Shown: piece by piece, positions 37,400 to 46,650 of the stretch
How positions within the stretch are numbered: the stretch's first letter is position 1
Layout: every line of letters starts with the position of its first letter
IMG/VR virus record: IMGVR_UViG_3300009788_000120
Coordinates: 1-53,592 of that record
Direction: 5' to 3' (one strand)
Origin: a virus
Lineage: Duplodnaviria; Caudoviricetes
DNA: 53,592 nucleotides
Position numbers and translations under genes: made by a program
The notes under the pieces: generated by a model
Database searches by the model: none
Seen by the model: only the letters and a program-made list of their open reading frames with translations
What the model was told of the DNA's origin: nothing

Positions 37400-40300
37400 G
37401 CGGCCCTCGCGGTCAGTGCCCGGTAGATCGCCTCGCCGACCGCCAGGGAGGTGGCGGCCGCCGCCTGGCTCTCGGGATCAGCGCCGCAGGCCTCGAGCGC
37501 TCCCTGAATCGACAGGCCGTCGAGCTGTAACGATGCCGTGACCTTCGCTGCGATAAGCTCGAGGGCGGCCTGCTGCGCGGTCCCGGGGTAGTAGGGCCAG
37601 TCGACGGTGCACGGCCGGTCTTGGCCGATGCGGTGGATGCGACCGTTGGCCTGGCGGTAGGTGAAAGCCGAGTAGTCTGACTCGTACCAGAGCGTGCGAC
37701 AGAAGCTGACGAGGTTGTTGAGCCCGGTGCGGACGGCGACCGGATTGACCAGCATCACCGAGCATTCTGGGCCGTTGATGTGCTGATCGATCCAGGCCTC
37801 CCGCGTTCTGGCCGAAACGCTGCCGGCGTTGAGCCACTCGACCTTGACCCCCAGCTCTTTGCGTAGCATGGACCGGAGCCGATGCGCCAGGTGAGCGGTT
37901 CCCGTGTGCCGGAGGAAGACCATCGTCCGATCGCCGGCGGCCAGCGACTCTCTCAAGCTCTCGACGAGGAAACGCTCTTTAGGCGTCCGGATCGAGGCCG
38001 GGAACTGCCGACCGACTGCCAACACTGGATCTTCGATGTCGCACCCGTCGGTGTAGGCGATCACGAACTCCGGTTGGTCATCGGTACACCGATCCAGATA
38101 GGACGGCAGCTCGAGCAGCTGCCCCAGGAGCTTGCCCTGGAGCGGTGTGAACATATCCCTTTTGATCGCGCTGAGTAGCTCGGTCTCGAGCCGTCGATAC
38201 TCCTCCATGATCTCGCGGTCGAGGTCGGTATCCAGGTCGAGAGGGTGTCTCAGCTCGGACATCGGCGGGAGCTCTTCCTCCAGATCCGTCTTGTGGATCG
38301 TGGCCGCGATCGGCAGCAGATGATCCATGAGGAAGGCCGGCAGGATGCCCGGCGCCTCGCCCAACCGCCGAGCTCGGCAGCTGGTTTCTCGATCCGACTG
38401 GCTGCCGAAGTCGACGTCCTCAACCTTCACGCCCTCTCGAGGCTCGTAGAGCGTCTTGCGGTAGCCGTAGCGATCGACGAAGGCCGCGACGTCGCCGCGG
38501 TCGAAGGTCTCGCGGAAGCGGGCACTGGCCGCCCAAAGATTGGCGAAGAGCGAGCTTGCATACCCTCCCATGAAGGATCCGCTCAGCAGCAAGGTCAGCT
38601 TACCGAGAGCGAGCAACCGCTGCGCGGACTTCGACTGCGCCGAGCCCTGGTTGTTGTTCTCGTGCGCTTCGTCCAGAGCGAAGAGGTCGAATCGTTCCGG
38701 GTAGCGGCGGACGATCGCCTTGGACAACGGGTAGCGTCGAGGCCCGGAGATCGCATGGAGCATCTCGTCGCACGGCTCGCTCTCACTCCAACTGGCAAGA
38801 TTCCAGAGCAGGTCGAGCGCTTTCGAGAGATCCTCTCCCGCGCCCGGCGGGCCGGTGGCCGGCGCCGAGGCGAAGGGCCCATGTCCAATCGAGCAGCCGG
38901 TCATCTCCAGGGCCGCACTCCGGATCATCTGAACCCGCTGGCCGTGTCCGTGCTCGACGCCCCCCATGCCCCTGAGCTCGACGCCCACCGGGTCGCTCGA
39001 GCCCAGGAACCGGGCCAGGCTCTTGACGATCGCCAGCCGCGGGTAGAGCTCGCCATAGACGTCTAGCGACTCCTTGACCAGAAGCCCGGTAACCGTGGCC
39101 AGCGTCCGGCGCAAAACGCCGGCGACGGTTGACGAGTCGGGCGTGACGCTCTTCTGCTTCCCCAGATGTCGGAAGCCCTCGACAACGGCCCGCACCGTCT
39201 CGTCCGTCGGGATCAGACCGCGAGCGGCGACCGACAGCCGCTCGACGTCCACTGCCTCGGCGTTCTGCGGGCGCAGGGTGGTCGCCGTGCATCGCAGGCG
39301 GCGGCGAGCGCAGACCACGGCCTCTTTCGGTAGCCCAGCGCCGCACCGCGGGCAATGATCGACGGACAAGGGCTCGACCGTCGACCCGAGCTTGGCCTTC
39401 TCCCGGCTGAGGATGTAGATCTCGGCGTCGGCCTCGAGATCGGAGATCGACGTCACTTCAATCGCCCGCCAGCCTGGGAGCACGGCGGCCGCCTGATCAA
39501 GCCACGACGACACGAGGTGAGGCGGGCACTGCACGAGCATCCTGCGTACCGTGGGAAGCTCGCCGGCTCGGTCGAATCCCAGGCTCTGGAGCTGGGCGAC
39601 GGTCGCCGCTCGATTGTCGGCCGAGAGGGCGTTAGCGACCTCGAGCGTCACTTGAGACTTCCCGGTGCCGACCTCTGCAACCACAAAAACGTTCTCGAGG
39701 CCGGATCCGGCCGCTGCGATCTTGAGCGTCGCCTGGATTGCGTGAACCTGGCAGCGGTAGGCGGGCCTGGCGGTAGGCGGTAGCTCGATTCGATCGTCGG
39801 GCTCGGCCGGCGAGTGGAGCGGCGGGAACTGCCGTCGCATGAGATCGGCCAGCCCGTCGCTGTAGCAGGCGAGAATGTCGGCCGCGTTCATCTCCTCAAG
39901 CACCTCAGCGCCGCTCGGCGCGGCGCCGGGCACCGGGCTGAAATAGTTGTAGGTGTCGAGGCGCAGAGCGCAGAGCGACAGCCGTGGCTCTTCGACCCGG
40001 GTACTCGAGCTCTCCCCCGCCTTGATCTCTACGCTCTCCCTCGAGAAACGCCCCTTCAGCAGCAGGGATGGATAGCGGTCGGGATCATTGGGCTCGAGGC
40101 GGTGTCCGTTGAAGACGCCGGAGGCAACGGCCAGAGCGAGGTGCGCGGGCCGCGGGGGCATGGCCGTCGTATAGCTTCTGCCGATGAGATCGTCGAGACT
40201 GAGCCCTGGGCCGATGCCGGTGGGCGGGGTCCAGGCGTCGATCGTCGCCCTCAGATCCGCCTGGAGGATTTTGCAACCTTCGAGGCCGGCGCGCAGATCG

Positions 40301-41004
40301 CGATCGAAGGTGTCTGTCAGCTGAACCCGAAGAGGGTTCTGGATCTTTTCCGGCAGAGGCCAGAGGTGATCGGGATCCGCCCAACTCGCGATCAGCGCCT
40401 CGGCCTCGACCCGGGTCTCTTCACTCCGGCAGGGTGATCGCCGGCGTCGAGCGTAGAACGCCACCTGGCTGTAGTCGGTGAACTCGGGCTCCGGGAACTT
40501 CCAGCATCGGTGATCGCGATAGTGAAGGGCCAGGGTGCGCGCGCTGGCCGGCAGCGAGGTCGCCGGCACGATGAATAGGAGCACGCCGCCCGGCGCCAGG
40601 GCCTGTGTGAATCGCTCGAGGAAGCGCTCCTCCAGACGCTTGTGCTCGCGGTCTTGATCGTAGGGCGGATTGAGATGGAGGACGTGCGCGCCCTCGTATC
40701 TCGAGTCCCAGGCCAGGGAGAAGGCGTCGCCCTCGATACATCGGCCACGGCCATGGAGCTTTCGTTGACAGGCCGCGGCCCTCTCCTTCTCCATCTCGCA
40801 AGCCAAGATCTTGGGCCGTAGGTCTTCGCAGTCTTCATACCAGAGTGCCCGAAGCGCATCGATCGCCTCGCCGTCGCCGGCGCACGGATCGAGCAGGACC
40901 AAGCCGTCTTGGTCGGGTAGCTCAATCCCAGAGGCTAAGCTGCTGAGAAGCCGGGCCGGGGTGGGGTAAAATCCGGCCAGGGCTTGGCTCTCGAATCTTG
41001 CCAC
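37396..41004 (-). CDS. fused amino-DNA methyltransferase (DUF6094-like) and SF2/SNF2 helicase, ~1200 aa
   Basis: GFYPTP, LLDPCAGDG, LNPPYD; AEVGTGKS, LDEAHE, LLSGS, TGLN, QANGRIHRIGQ. GTG start after GAGGAGG (alternative TTG at 41010). Confidence 0.88.
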   Translation of the reverse strand: MARFESQALAGFYPTPARLLSSLASGIELPDQDGLVLLDPCAGDGEAIDALRALWYEDCEDLRPKILACEMEKERAAACQRKLHGRGRCIEGDAFSLAWDSRYEGAHVLHLNPPYDQDREHKRLEERFLERFTQALAPGGVLLFIVPATSLPASARTLALHYRDHRCWKFPEPEFTDYSQVAFYARRRRSPCRSEETRVEAEALIASWADPDHLWPLPEKIQNPLRVQLTDTFDRDLRAGLEGCKILQADLRATIDAWTPPTGIGPGLSLDDLIGRSYTTAMPPRPAHLALAVASGVFNGHRLEPNDPDRYPSLLLKGRFSRESVEIKAGESSSTRVEEPRLSLCALRLDTYNYFSPVPGAAPSGAEVLEEMNAADILACYSDGLADLMRRQFPPLHSPAEPDDRIELPPTARPAYRCQVHAIQATLKIAAAGSGLENVFVVAEVGTGKSQVTLEVANALSADNRAATVAQLQSLGFDRAGELPTVRRMLVQCPPHLVSSWLDQAAAVLPGWRAIEVTSISDLEADAEIYILSREKAKLGSTVEPLSVDHCPRCGAGLPKEAVVCARRRLRCTATTLRPQNAEAVDVERLSVAARGLIPTDETVRAVVEGFRHLGKQKSVTPDSSTVAGVLRRTLATVTGLLVKESLDVYGELYPRLAIVKSLARFLGSSDPVGVELRGMGGVEHGHGQRVQMIRSAALEMTGCSIGHGPFASAPATGPPGAGEDLSKALDLLWNLASWSESEPCDEMLHAISGPRRYPLSKAIVRRYPERFDLFALDEAHENNNQGSAQSKSAQRLLALGKLTLLLSGSFMGGYASSLFANLWAASARFRETFDRGDVAAFVDRYGYRKTLYEPREGVKVEDVDFGSQSDRETSCRARRLGEAPGILPAFLMDHLLPIAATIHKTDLEEELPPMSELRHPLDLDTDLDREIMEEYRRLETELLSAIKRDMFTPLQGKLLGQLLELPSYLDRCTDDQPEFVIAYTDGCDIEDPVLAVGRQFPASIRTPKERFLVESLRESLAAGDRTMVFLRHTGTAHLAHRLRSMLRKELGVKVEWLNAGSVSARTREAWIDQHINGPECSVMLVNPVAVRTGLNNLVSFCRTLWYESDYSAFTYRQANGRIHRIGQDRPCTVDWPYYPGTAQQAALELIAAKVTASLQLDGLSIQGALEACGADPESQAAAATSLAVGEAIYRALTARAA

Positions 41005-41764
41005 GTTCAATATCCTCCTCGAAGTAGAGCGCTGTCTGAGTCTTGATCAGCTCCTCGATCTGGCCGTGACTCGCTCGGCAGAGCGTTGGCCGCTCGAGGC
41101 CGGGGATCTGTTGACCCGGGAAGATGCCGACCTTCGACCCGTAGACGATATTGGTCAGAGGCGTCAGGAGCTTCTCCTCGAGGGCGGCGGCGACCAGCTG
41201 CCGGTGGAAGCCGATATCCTTGACCAGCGGAAGACCGGTTCTCCGATCGAGGTAGGCGGTAGTCACCGCCGAGGTCGCGACCTCGATGGCTTCTTCGTCC
41301 GGCAGATCATCGCCGAGCAATTCGCGCGCCGCCGGGACCTGAGACCTCACCCAGGCGGTCGACGGCGCGGCGATGAAGTCGATGCGCGGCTCCTCGGTTG
41401 ACGGCGGATCGAGGTCGAAGAGCCGCGGCAGGTAGGCGGTGACCACCGCGGTGTCTCCGGGCCCTGGAGCCTGGAGGAATCTGAACCGAGCCGAGCGCGG
41501 GATTTCGAGCTGCTCTTTCCCCCATCGGTCCGTCTCCTTCATTCGTCGGATTTTCCGCCCGGTTCGCACGTTGGCCTGAAACGCTCGGCACTCCTGAGTG
41601 GTGCCGGTGAAGGCCAGCCAAACGGGCCGGAGGCAGGTGTCGGAGGCTCCGCTACCGAGTTCCCAAAGCCGGTTGGCGATGATGTAGCCGATGAGGCGCA
41701 CGGAGAAGGCGCGGCTCTTGCCGCTGTCGTCGTTGGCCTTGGGGCAGACGATGAGGCGATCCAT
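40922..41764 (-). CDS. hypothetical protein, partner upstream of the MTase-helicase
   Basis: ATG coupled to upstream TGA; typical codon usage. Confidence 0.7.
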   Translation of the reverse strand: MDRLIVCPKANDDSGKSRAFSVRLIGYIIANRLWELGSGASDTCLRPVWLAFTGTTQECRAFQANVRTGRKIRRMKETDRWGKEQLEIPRSARFRFLQAPGPGDTAVVTAYLPRLFDLDPPSTEEPRIDFIAAPSTAWVRSQVPAARELLGDDLPDEEAIEVATSAVTTAYLDRRTGLPLVKDIGFHRQLVAAALEEKLLTPLTNIVYGSKVGIFPGQQIPGLERPTLCRASHGQIEELIKTQTALYFEEDIERGKIREPSPGRILPHPGPASQQLSLWD

Positions 41765-41994
41765 CAGCTGCTGGACCCAAAGAGAATGACCGGGGCGTCG
41801 GGATCTCTGTAGTCCGGCCAATGGTTGCGGCAACCCCATCGGCCGCATCGACGATCGGGAGCGACGTGCTGGGCCTGGACGGTCTTTCCGATGAAGAAGT
41901 AGCCTCGACAGGCCGCCCGATGCCTCTCGCTGTCGCTCTCGAGGTGATAGCGGCCGTGGCCGTCGGCGGTGATCAGACCGGCTCGAGCGGTCAT
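41764..41994 (-). CDS. small hypothetical protein (CxxxxCxxH)
   Basis: GAGGA RBS; MTARAG...; appears fused to the upstream ORF only through a probable indel. Confidence 0.55.
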   Translation of the reverse strand: MTARAGLITADGHGRYHLESDSERHRAACRGYFFIGKTVQAQHVAPDRRCGRWGCRNHWPDYRDPDAPVILFGSSS

Positions 41995-42210
41995 AGGATG
42001 TTCCTCAGATCGATCAGACGCGGCCCGCCCGGCCGATCCGTCTCGGTCCAGCTCACGATCGAATTGAGCGGAGTCGGCCTGGTTGTGCACGGCGATGCGG
42101 TGGATGAAGACGTCGCACTCGATGCCCGAGGCGGTGACTCCTTTCCAGTGGCGGACGGGCACGCCGTCGATCTCCGTGGTGTTGCTGGTCGATATGATCT
42201 GGATCTCCAT
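41991..42210 (-). CDS. small hypothetical protein with probable 1-nt insertion near 42046
   Basis: AAGGAG RBS; removing one base gives ...DRELTETDRPGGPRLIDLRNIL* with an ATGA overlap to the next gene. Confidence 0.5.
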
Positions 42211-42220
42211 TCCGCTCTCC

Positions 42221-42568
42221 TTATTCTCGTGATTCCGCAGTGTTGCTCGAGGGGATCAACTCGGCCTCTACCTCCATCGGACCCGGTGGCAACGCCGGCG
42301 CTGATAGCTGCTGCCAGCCGCGGTATTGCTCTCCGCTCTTCGACGCGCCGTAGCGATCGACGGCCCGGAGGGCGGTGAGCGTCAGGCTCAGGGCCCGGAG
42401 GTTTGCCGTCCAGGAGTCGTAGGTATCGCAGGGCATCGCGATCTCGCCGTGTTTCCCGTTGAAGAAGAGAACCACGCCCGGGGATTTCGGCCTGGCGATC
42501 TCATGTTCCTCGATCTCGAGCTTGATCTTTACGTCGTAAACCTCTATTTGCTTGAGCCTGGTCTTCAT
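42221..42568 (-). CDS. conserved phage hypothetical protein
   Basis: PGVVLFF...MPCDTY...NLRALSLTL.ALRAVDRYG, a motif often found N-terminal to J-domains in phages. Confidence 0.65.
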   Translation of the reverse strand: MKTRLKQIEVYDVKIKLEIEEHEIARPKSPGVVLFFNGKHGEIAMPCDTYDSWTANLRALSLTLTALRAVDRYGASKSGEQYRGWQQLSAPALPPGPMEVEAELIPSSNTAESRE

Positions 42569-42762
42569 CGGATTCTCCGGCTGACCCTCCAAAGCGGAAT
42601 CGGCTCCTTTTGGCCGACGGGGACGAAGACCCGGACGCCGTGCTGGCGGTAGCTGGCGCCGGCCGCCTCGTACTCTTTTCCGTCGAGGGTCACGACCACT
42701 GCTCCCCGGGGGAGGACGTCGTCAGGTCCACGGTCAGTTCTCATCTCTGTCAGCGTGTCCAT
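42565..42762 (-). CDS. small hypothetical protein
   Basis: Preceded by AGGAGCGAGC-ATG. Confidence 0.65.
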   Translation of the reverse strand: MDTLTEMRTDRGPDDVLPRGAVVVTLDGKEYEAAGASYRQHGVRVFVPVGQKEPIPLWRVSRRIR

Positions 42763-42779
42763 GCTCGCTCCTCTCTATG

Positions 42780-42819
42780 GTGAAAGGCGCTCGGCTGGTC
42801 TCCGACGCCGAGCGCCCGG
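42780..42819 (-). terminator. possible weak terminator/processing hairpin
   Basis: GGCGCTCGGC...GCCGAGCGCC 10-bp stem followed by TTTCAC on the minus strand. Confidence 0.4.
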
Positions 42820-42938
42820 GTGGCGGGAGTTCGGGACGGTGGGAAGATCCCTCGGCGACCGGAGAGGGCGTGTCAGGCGCCCGCCGTCGAGGGTTGGATT
42901 CAACGCTCCAAGATTCCTCCACTCGAGGCGTTGAGTTT

Positions 42939-43634
42939 TCACGCCACTCCTCCGAGCAGCGATCCTTGACGCGGCGGCCGAGGCGGGTCGCCGGTTTTCT
43001 TGCGCTTCGGCGTCGGCTCGACGTCGGCGCCGTAGTGGATCATGAGCTCCCGCATCCGCCAGTAGCGCAGGCGAGAGCCGCGGCCGACGTCCTGGTGAAC
43101 GCGCACCGCGACGTGCCGGGCATAGGACAGGGGCATCGAGCGCATCTTGGCGCTCGCCTTGTACGCCTCCCAGAGACCGATTCGTAGGAAATGGCACTCG
43201 GCCTCCGAGCCGTCCGGCAACTCGACTAGCCAGAGAACGCCGGCGACGTTGCCCGCCGCCGCGGCCTTGAGCAAGCCGGCCACCTGATGATCCTTGACCT
43301 GGTCGAAGGCCAGGCGCGCGGCCAGGTCGCCGGTCTTGGCCGCGAACCTTCCCTGCGTCCGCTTGCACTCGAGGGCGAAGACAATTTGCGGGGAGATGCC
43401 GAGCGGCGCCGAGGGACAAAAACAGCCGGCGGCCGGCGCCGTGACTAGGAAGTCAAACGGGTATTTCGGGCTGAATCGCGTGTTGCTACCCGGGGCCTCG
43501 TTGTCACCGCCGAACCACGTTGCGGGATCCGGGAACTTGTAGCCCCAGACGGTCGCCGACCGGACGGGGGAGGCGAGGGGCGGCAGAGACCGTCCCACCT
43601 CCTCCTGAAATATTCCTCCGGGGCCCTTGGCCAT
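42939..43634 (-). CDS. RecU-like Holliday junction resolvase (PD-(D/E)xK)
   Basis: YKFPDP, PFDFL, FALECKRT, QVKDHQV..L, GNVAGVLW. Confidence 0.75.
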   Translation of the reverse strand: MAKGPGGIFQEEVGRSLPPLASPVRSATVWGYKFPDPATWFGGDNEAPGSNTRFSPKYPFDFLVTAPAAGCFCPSAPLGISPQIVFALECKRTQGRFAAKTGDLAARLAFDQVKDHQVAGLLKAAAAGNVAGVLWLVELPDGSEAECHFLRIGLWEAYKASAKMRSMPLSYARHVAVRVHQDVGRGSRLRYWRMRELMIHYGADVEPTPKRKKTGDPPRPPRQGSLLGGVA

Positions 43635-43638
43635 CTCT

Positions 43639-45168
43639 CTACTCCGGCGGCTCGAGCGGCACGCCCGGATCAGTGACCCTGGCCGCCCTGGCCTTGTCGA
43701 TCGCCTCGATGCAGGTCTTCCGATGCTTGCCGGCGAAGGCTCCGGGCTTCCCGGTCTCCGTCTCCGTCAGCTTGCGCAGGGCCGGCAACGACATGCCCGT
43801 GAGGTTCTCTTCCGGCGCGGGCGCGGGCGCGGGCATCGGCTTGTGTTCCTCGAGAAGAGCCTTCTCTTCATCGGTCAGGACATTGGGGGGCACCTCTTCG
43901 TCGCCGGCGATCGGCTCGCCATCCTGGTCGACGTACTCCGCGTCGATCTCATCGCCGTCGGCCAACTCGATCTCGGCGTAGGCCTCGAGGACGGCCGGCG
44001 GTACAGCGCCTACGTTTCCTTGGGTGAAGGACATCACCTTGAGACGCTCTTCGGAGGCCCACTCAGCAATGTCCTCGACCGGAACGGCGAAGCCCAGATC
44101 CAGGAGCCGATCGGCGAGCACGGAGGGATGGAGCGTCATCGAGTAGGCGTCCAGACCCTCCGGGAGAGGCTCTCCGGTGGCGGCAAAGTGCCGAATCTCC
44201 TCCCAGGGCACCATCGTCAGGTCCGCCAAGACGGTGGGCCGGACGTGAAAGCAGCGGCTCAGGAGCTGAGTCGAGAGCTCATGGTCATCCAGAGCCGGCT
44301 CGGCGTCATCCGGGCCGATGATCGAGATCGAGGCCAGTCCATCGGACTCGGGCGCCGGCGGTACGTCGACCTCTGACCCCAGAGCCTGGCGGCGCTGGGC
44401 GTCGGCCCAGGACACGGCGCGATCACGGAACTCGGAGCCCCACTCGGCGACGGCCTCCGCCGCGGCGTAGTAGCCGAGAGCGGCCAGCAGCAGCGCCAGC
44501 GCGGAGTCGTCACCGAGGTCGAGCTCCAGGTCCGAGAGGATCTCCCGGCGCATCGACGGGACGCGATCATCGACTGGGGGTGCGGTCTCTGGGTCTTCTC
44601 CGCCGAATTTCCCGGCGGCCTCCGGCATGCCCGGCAGAGCCGCTACCAACCGCGGTGTCTTCGGCGTCTTGCCGGCGATCATCCCTTCGCACCACGCCGC
44701 GATCTCTTTGCGCTCCGAGGCGGTGAGACCGTCGATCGCCTCAACGCCCGGCCATGCGCGGTTCGGATCCGCCTCCCAAAGCAGGGAGACGATCGCCGCG
44801 GCTGGCGTTTCGTCGGACGATTCCGGCTCGGCCCGGCGGCCGGCGTCGTTACGATCGACGGTGGTTTTGAAGAAGCCCTCCACCATCTCGCGCAGCTCCC
44901 CGTGGGTTACGGCGTGGTCGTGCTCGCTGCCGGGAAACAGCGGGCCGGTGACCGTCGCCTCCTGATCTTCATCGGCCTGGAGATAGGCGGCGAGCAGCCG
45001 GCGCGCGCAGTGTGCAGCGGCGGCAATCGCCGTCTGCATGAAGGTCTTAAACGAGCTCATCCAGAGCGTGGGAAGAGGAAGATCGAAGGCTTCGACCTCC
45101 GTCTCCAGGCCGATGACCGTGTCGGTCAGGGCCATGATTTCCTGCAACGTGTTCTTCTTCTTCGCCAT
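43639..45168 (-). CDS. acidic hypothetical protein
   Basis: GGAGG RBS before MAKKKNTL; long acidic ORF; C-terminal helix-extension-helix-like MSLPALRKL...HRKTCIEAI. Confidence 0.75.
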   Translation of the reverse strand: MAKKKNTLQEIMALTDTVIGLETEVEAFDLPLPTLWMSSFKTFMQTAIAAAAHCARRLLAAYLQADEDQEATVTGPLFPGSEHDHAVTHGELREMVEGFFKTTVDRNDAGRRAEPESSDETPAAAIVSLLWEADPNRAWPGVEAIDGLTASERKEIAAWCEGMIAGKTPKTPRLVAALPGMPEAAGKFGGEDPETAPPVDDRVPSMRREILSDLELDLGDDSALALLLAALGYYAAAEAVAEWGSEFRDRAVSWADAQRRQALGSEVDVPPAPESDGLASISIIGPDDAEPALDDHELSTQLLSRCFHVRPTVLADLTMVPWEEIRHFAATGEPLPEGLDAYSMTLHPSVLADRLLDLGFAVPVEDIAEWASEERLKVMSFTQGNVGAVPPAVLEAYAEIELADGDEIDAEYVDQDGEPIAGDEEVPPNVLTDEEKALLEEHKPMPAPAPAPEENLTGMSLPALRKLTETETGKPGAFAGKHRKTCIEAIDKARAARVTDPGVPLEPPE

Positions 45169-45190
45169 TCTCGAATCCTCCAAAAGGTGG

Positions 45191-45225
45191 TTGACTTGCG
45201 CGTCGGCCGTCGACCGTGCTACGCT
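45191..45225 (+). promoter_or_regulatory. putative promoter for the antisense small RNA
   Basis: TTGACTTGCGC (45191-45201), then extended -10 TG-C-TACGCT (45217-45225); 18-bp spacer from TTGCGC. Confidence 0.55.
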
Positions 45226-45230
45226 TCCTC

Positions 45231-45334
45231 TGACGACGGGCCTCTCCGGTGCTTTGCTCGCTCCTGGTGTCAGGCTCCTGTGTTCTCGATCCGATCCGGC
45301 CTCGCGGCGCAATCCGCGAGGCCGGTGTAGTTTT
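45231..45334 (+). ncRNA. putative trans-acting anti-RBS small RNA (~100 nt)
   Basis: Intergenic, antisense to the flanking genes. The 5' stem-loop carries UUUGCUCGCUCCU, complementary to the AGGAGCGAGCA RBS motif; the 3' end is a 12-bp hairpin plus UGUAGUUUU. Confidence 0.6.
45296..45334 (+). terminator. intrinsic terminator-like hairpin oriented for plus-strand transcription
   Basis: CCGGCCTCGCGG-cgcaat-CCGCGAGGCCGG; T-rich tail on the plus side only. Confidence 0.6.
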
Positions 45335-46596
45335 CAGGCGGCGGCCGTCAGGATTCTCTTCGTCTCGGTCACCGCCCGCTCTTTGACGGCCGGCGGTTGA
45401 TCTGAGTGCGAGATCTCGACCCAGGACCGGGCGGGCATCTCGATGACCCGGCCCGCCAGCTCCTGGAGCTCGACGGCCCGATCGTAGTTTTTGACGTCGT
45501 TCGAGGCCCGGGTGATCGCGGAGGTGAAGCCCCACTGGCTGAGGTTGCCGCCCCGGATCAAGTGCGTCAGGACGTCGTTGCTTTCCGGCTCGGTGAGGCC
45601 GAGCTGCTGGCGAGCGGTCTCCACCATGGCGGGCGGTTGGGCGACGATCGGCAGCTGGTCGGCAACGCTCATCCTGGCGCAGACCCGGGCGAAGGCGCCT
45701 TGGTCCATCGCGTGACGGAGCGCATCTCGTAGCTTGAGCAGGAAAGTCTTGTTCATGCTCTGCTGGGTGTCGGAGGCGTACTTGACCTCGCCGAAGACGT
45801 CGACCTCTTTCCCTTTCTGGCGGCCACCCGAGTGCCAGCCGCCGAGCCCGCGGCCCACGGTCATGCCGTTGGAGCAGACCAGAGTATGGATCATCGGCCG
45901 GAGCCAGACGGCGCCGTCCCCGATCTCGGAATTCTTCAGCAGGATGGCGGCGGAAACCGCCTCGCCGACCGCCACCTCGCCCTGGATGCCGGGAAAGACC
46001 ACCTGGAGGTAGAGCTTGTTGCTCGTGACCTCGCAGGATTTGATGTCGATCTCCTCGGTTCGTTCGGAGAGGACGCTGAGCGCCGTCCCCAGCACCACGT
46101 CGTTATCCAGCACTCGGTAGGAGCTCGAGAGGAAGGCTCGCGCGCGACCGTCGAGGGTGCGGACCATTCGCTCTTCGGGCTGACGCCGGAAGTGGGTGTT
46201 GACCGTCTCGCAGAGGAAATCCGGCATCTCGGCCTTGAGCCGCTTGACGTAGGTCATCGGGATCTTCAGGCGCCCGGCGACCTGGGTGAGGGCGTGGGTC
46301 GTGAGGCCGAAGACCTCACCGTGACCCGCGGTGAGCCCGATGCCGCTGGATCTCGTGTCCATCACCTCGAGCTTGAGGGCGCCGCCCGTCGGCACGAGGG
46401 CCTGTTGGGATCGGGTGATCAGCTGCGGCAAGCTGCCGTTGCCCGCGGCGATTGCCTGGGGGTTGGCGATCGGCTTGGGCGGCGGTTCTTCGTACCGTAG
46501 CGCGAGAAGACGGGTGTCGCCCTTGAAATCGCGCTTCTCTTCTGCCTGGCGTTGGACCTCCGCGGACAGGTTTTGGAGGCTTCGTCCCTGGATCAT
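45334..46596 (-). CDS. DUF932-like protein
   Basis: RMVRTLDGRARAFLSSSYRVLDN, LKNSEIGDG, LVCSNGM, LSQWGFTSAITRAS. Confidence 0.8.
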   Translation of the reverse strand: MIQGRSLQNLSAEVQRQAEEKRDFKGDTRLLALRYEEPPPKPIANPQAIAAGNGSLPQLITRSQQALVPTGGALKLEVMDTRSSGIGLTAGHGEVFGLTTHALTQVAGRLKIPMTYVKRLKAEMPDFLCETVNTHFRRQPEERMVRTLDGRARAFLSSSYRVLDNDVVLGTALSVLSERTEEIDIKSCEVTSNKLYLQVVFPGIQGEVAVGEAVSAAILLKNSEIGDGAVWLRPMIHTLVCSNGMTVGRGLGGWHSGGRQKGKEVDVFGEVKYASDTQQSMNKTFLLKLRDALRHAMDQGAFARVCARMSVADQLPIVAQPPAMVETARQQLGLTEPESNDVLTHLIRGGNLSQWGFTSAITRASNDVKNYDRAVELQELAGRVIEMPARSWVEISHSDQPPAVKERAVTETKRILTAAA

Positions 46597-46650
46597 GCTC
46601 GCTCCTTGTCTGAGGTGGCCGCTCGGTGCATCCGGCGACCCCGTGAGACT

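Noticed and set aside
45169-45312. N-terminal 48-aa extension of the 43639 ORF
   Set aside because: The TTG start lies within a hairpin without an SD, while ATG 45168 has GGAGG; treated as non-coding, but not formally excluded.
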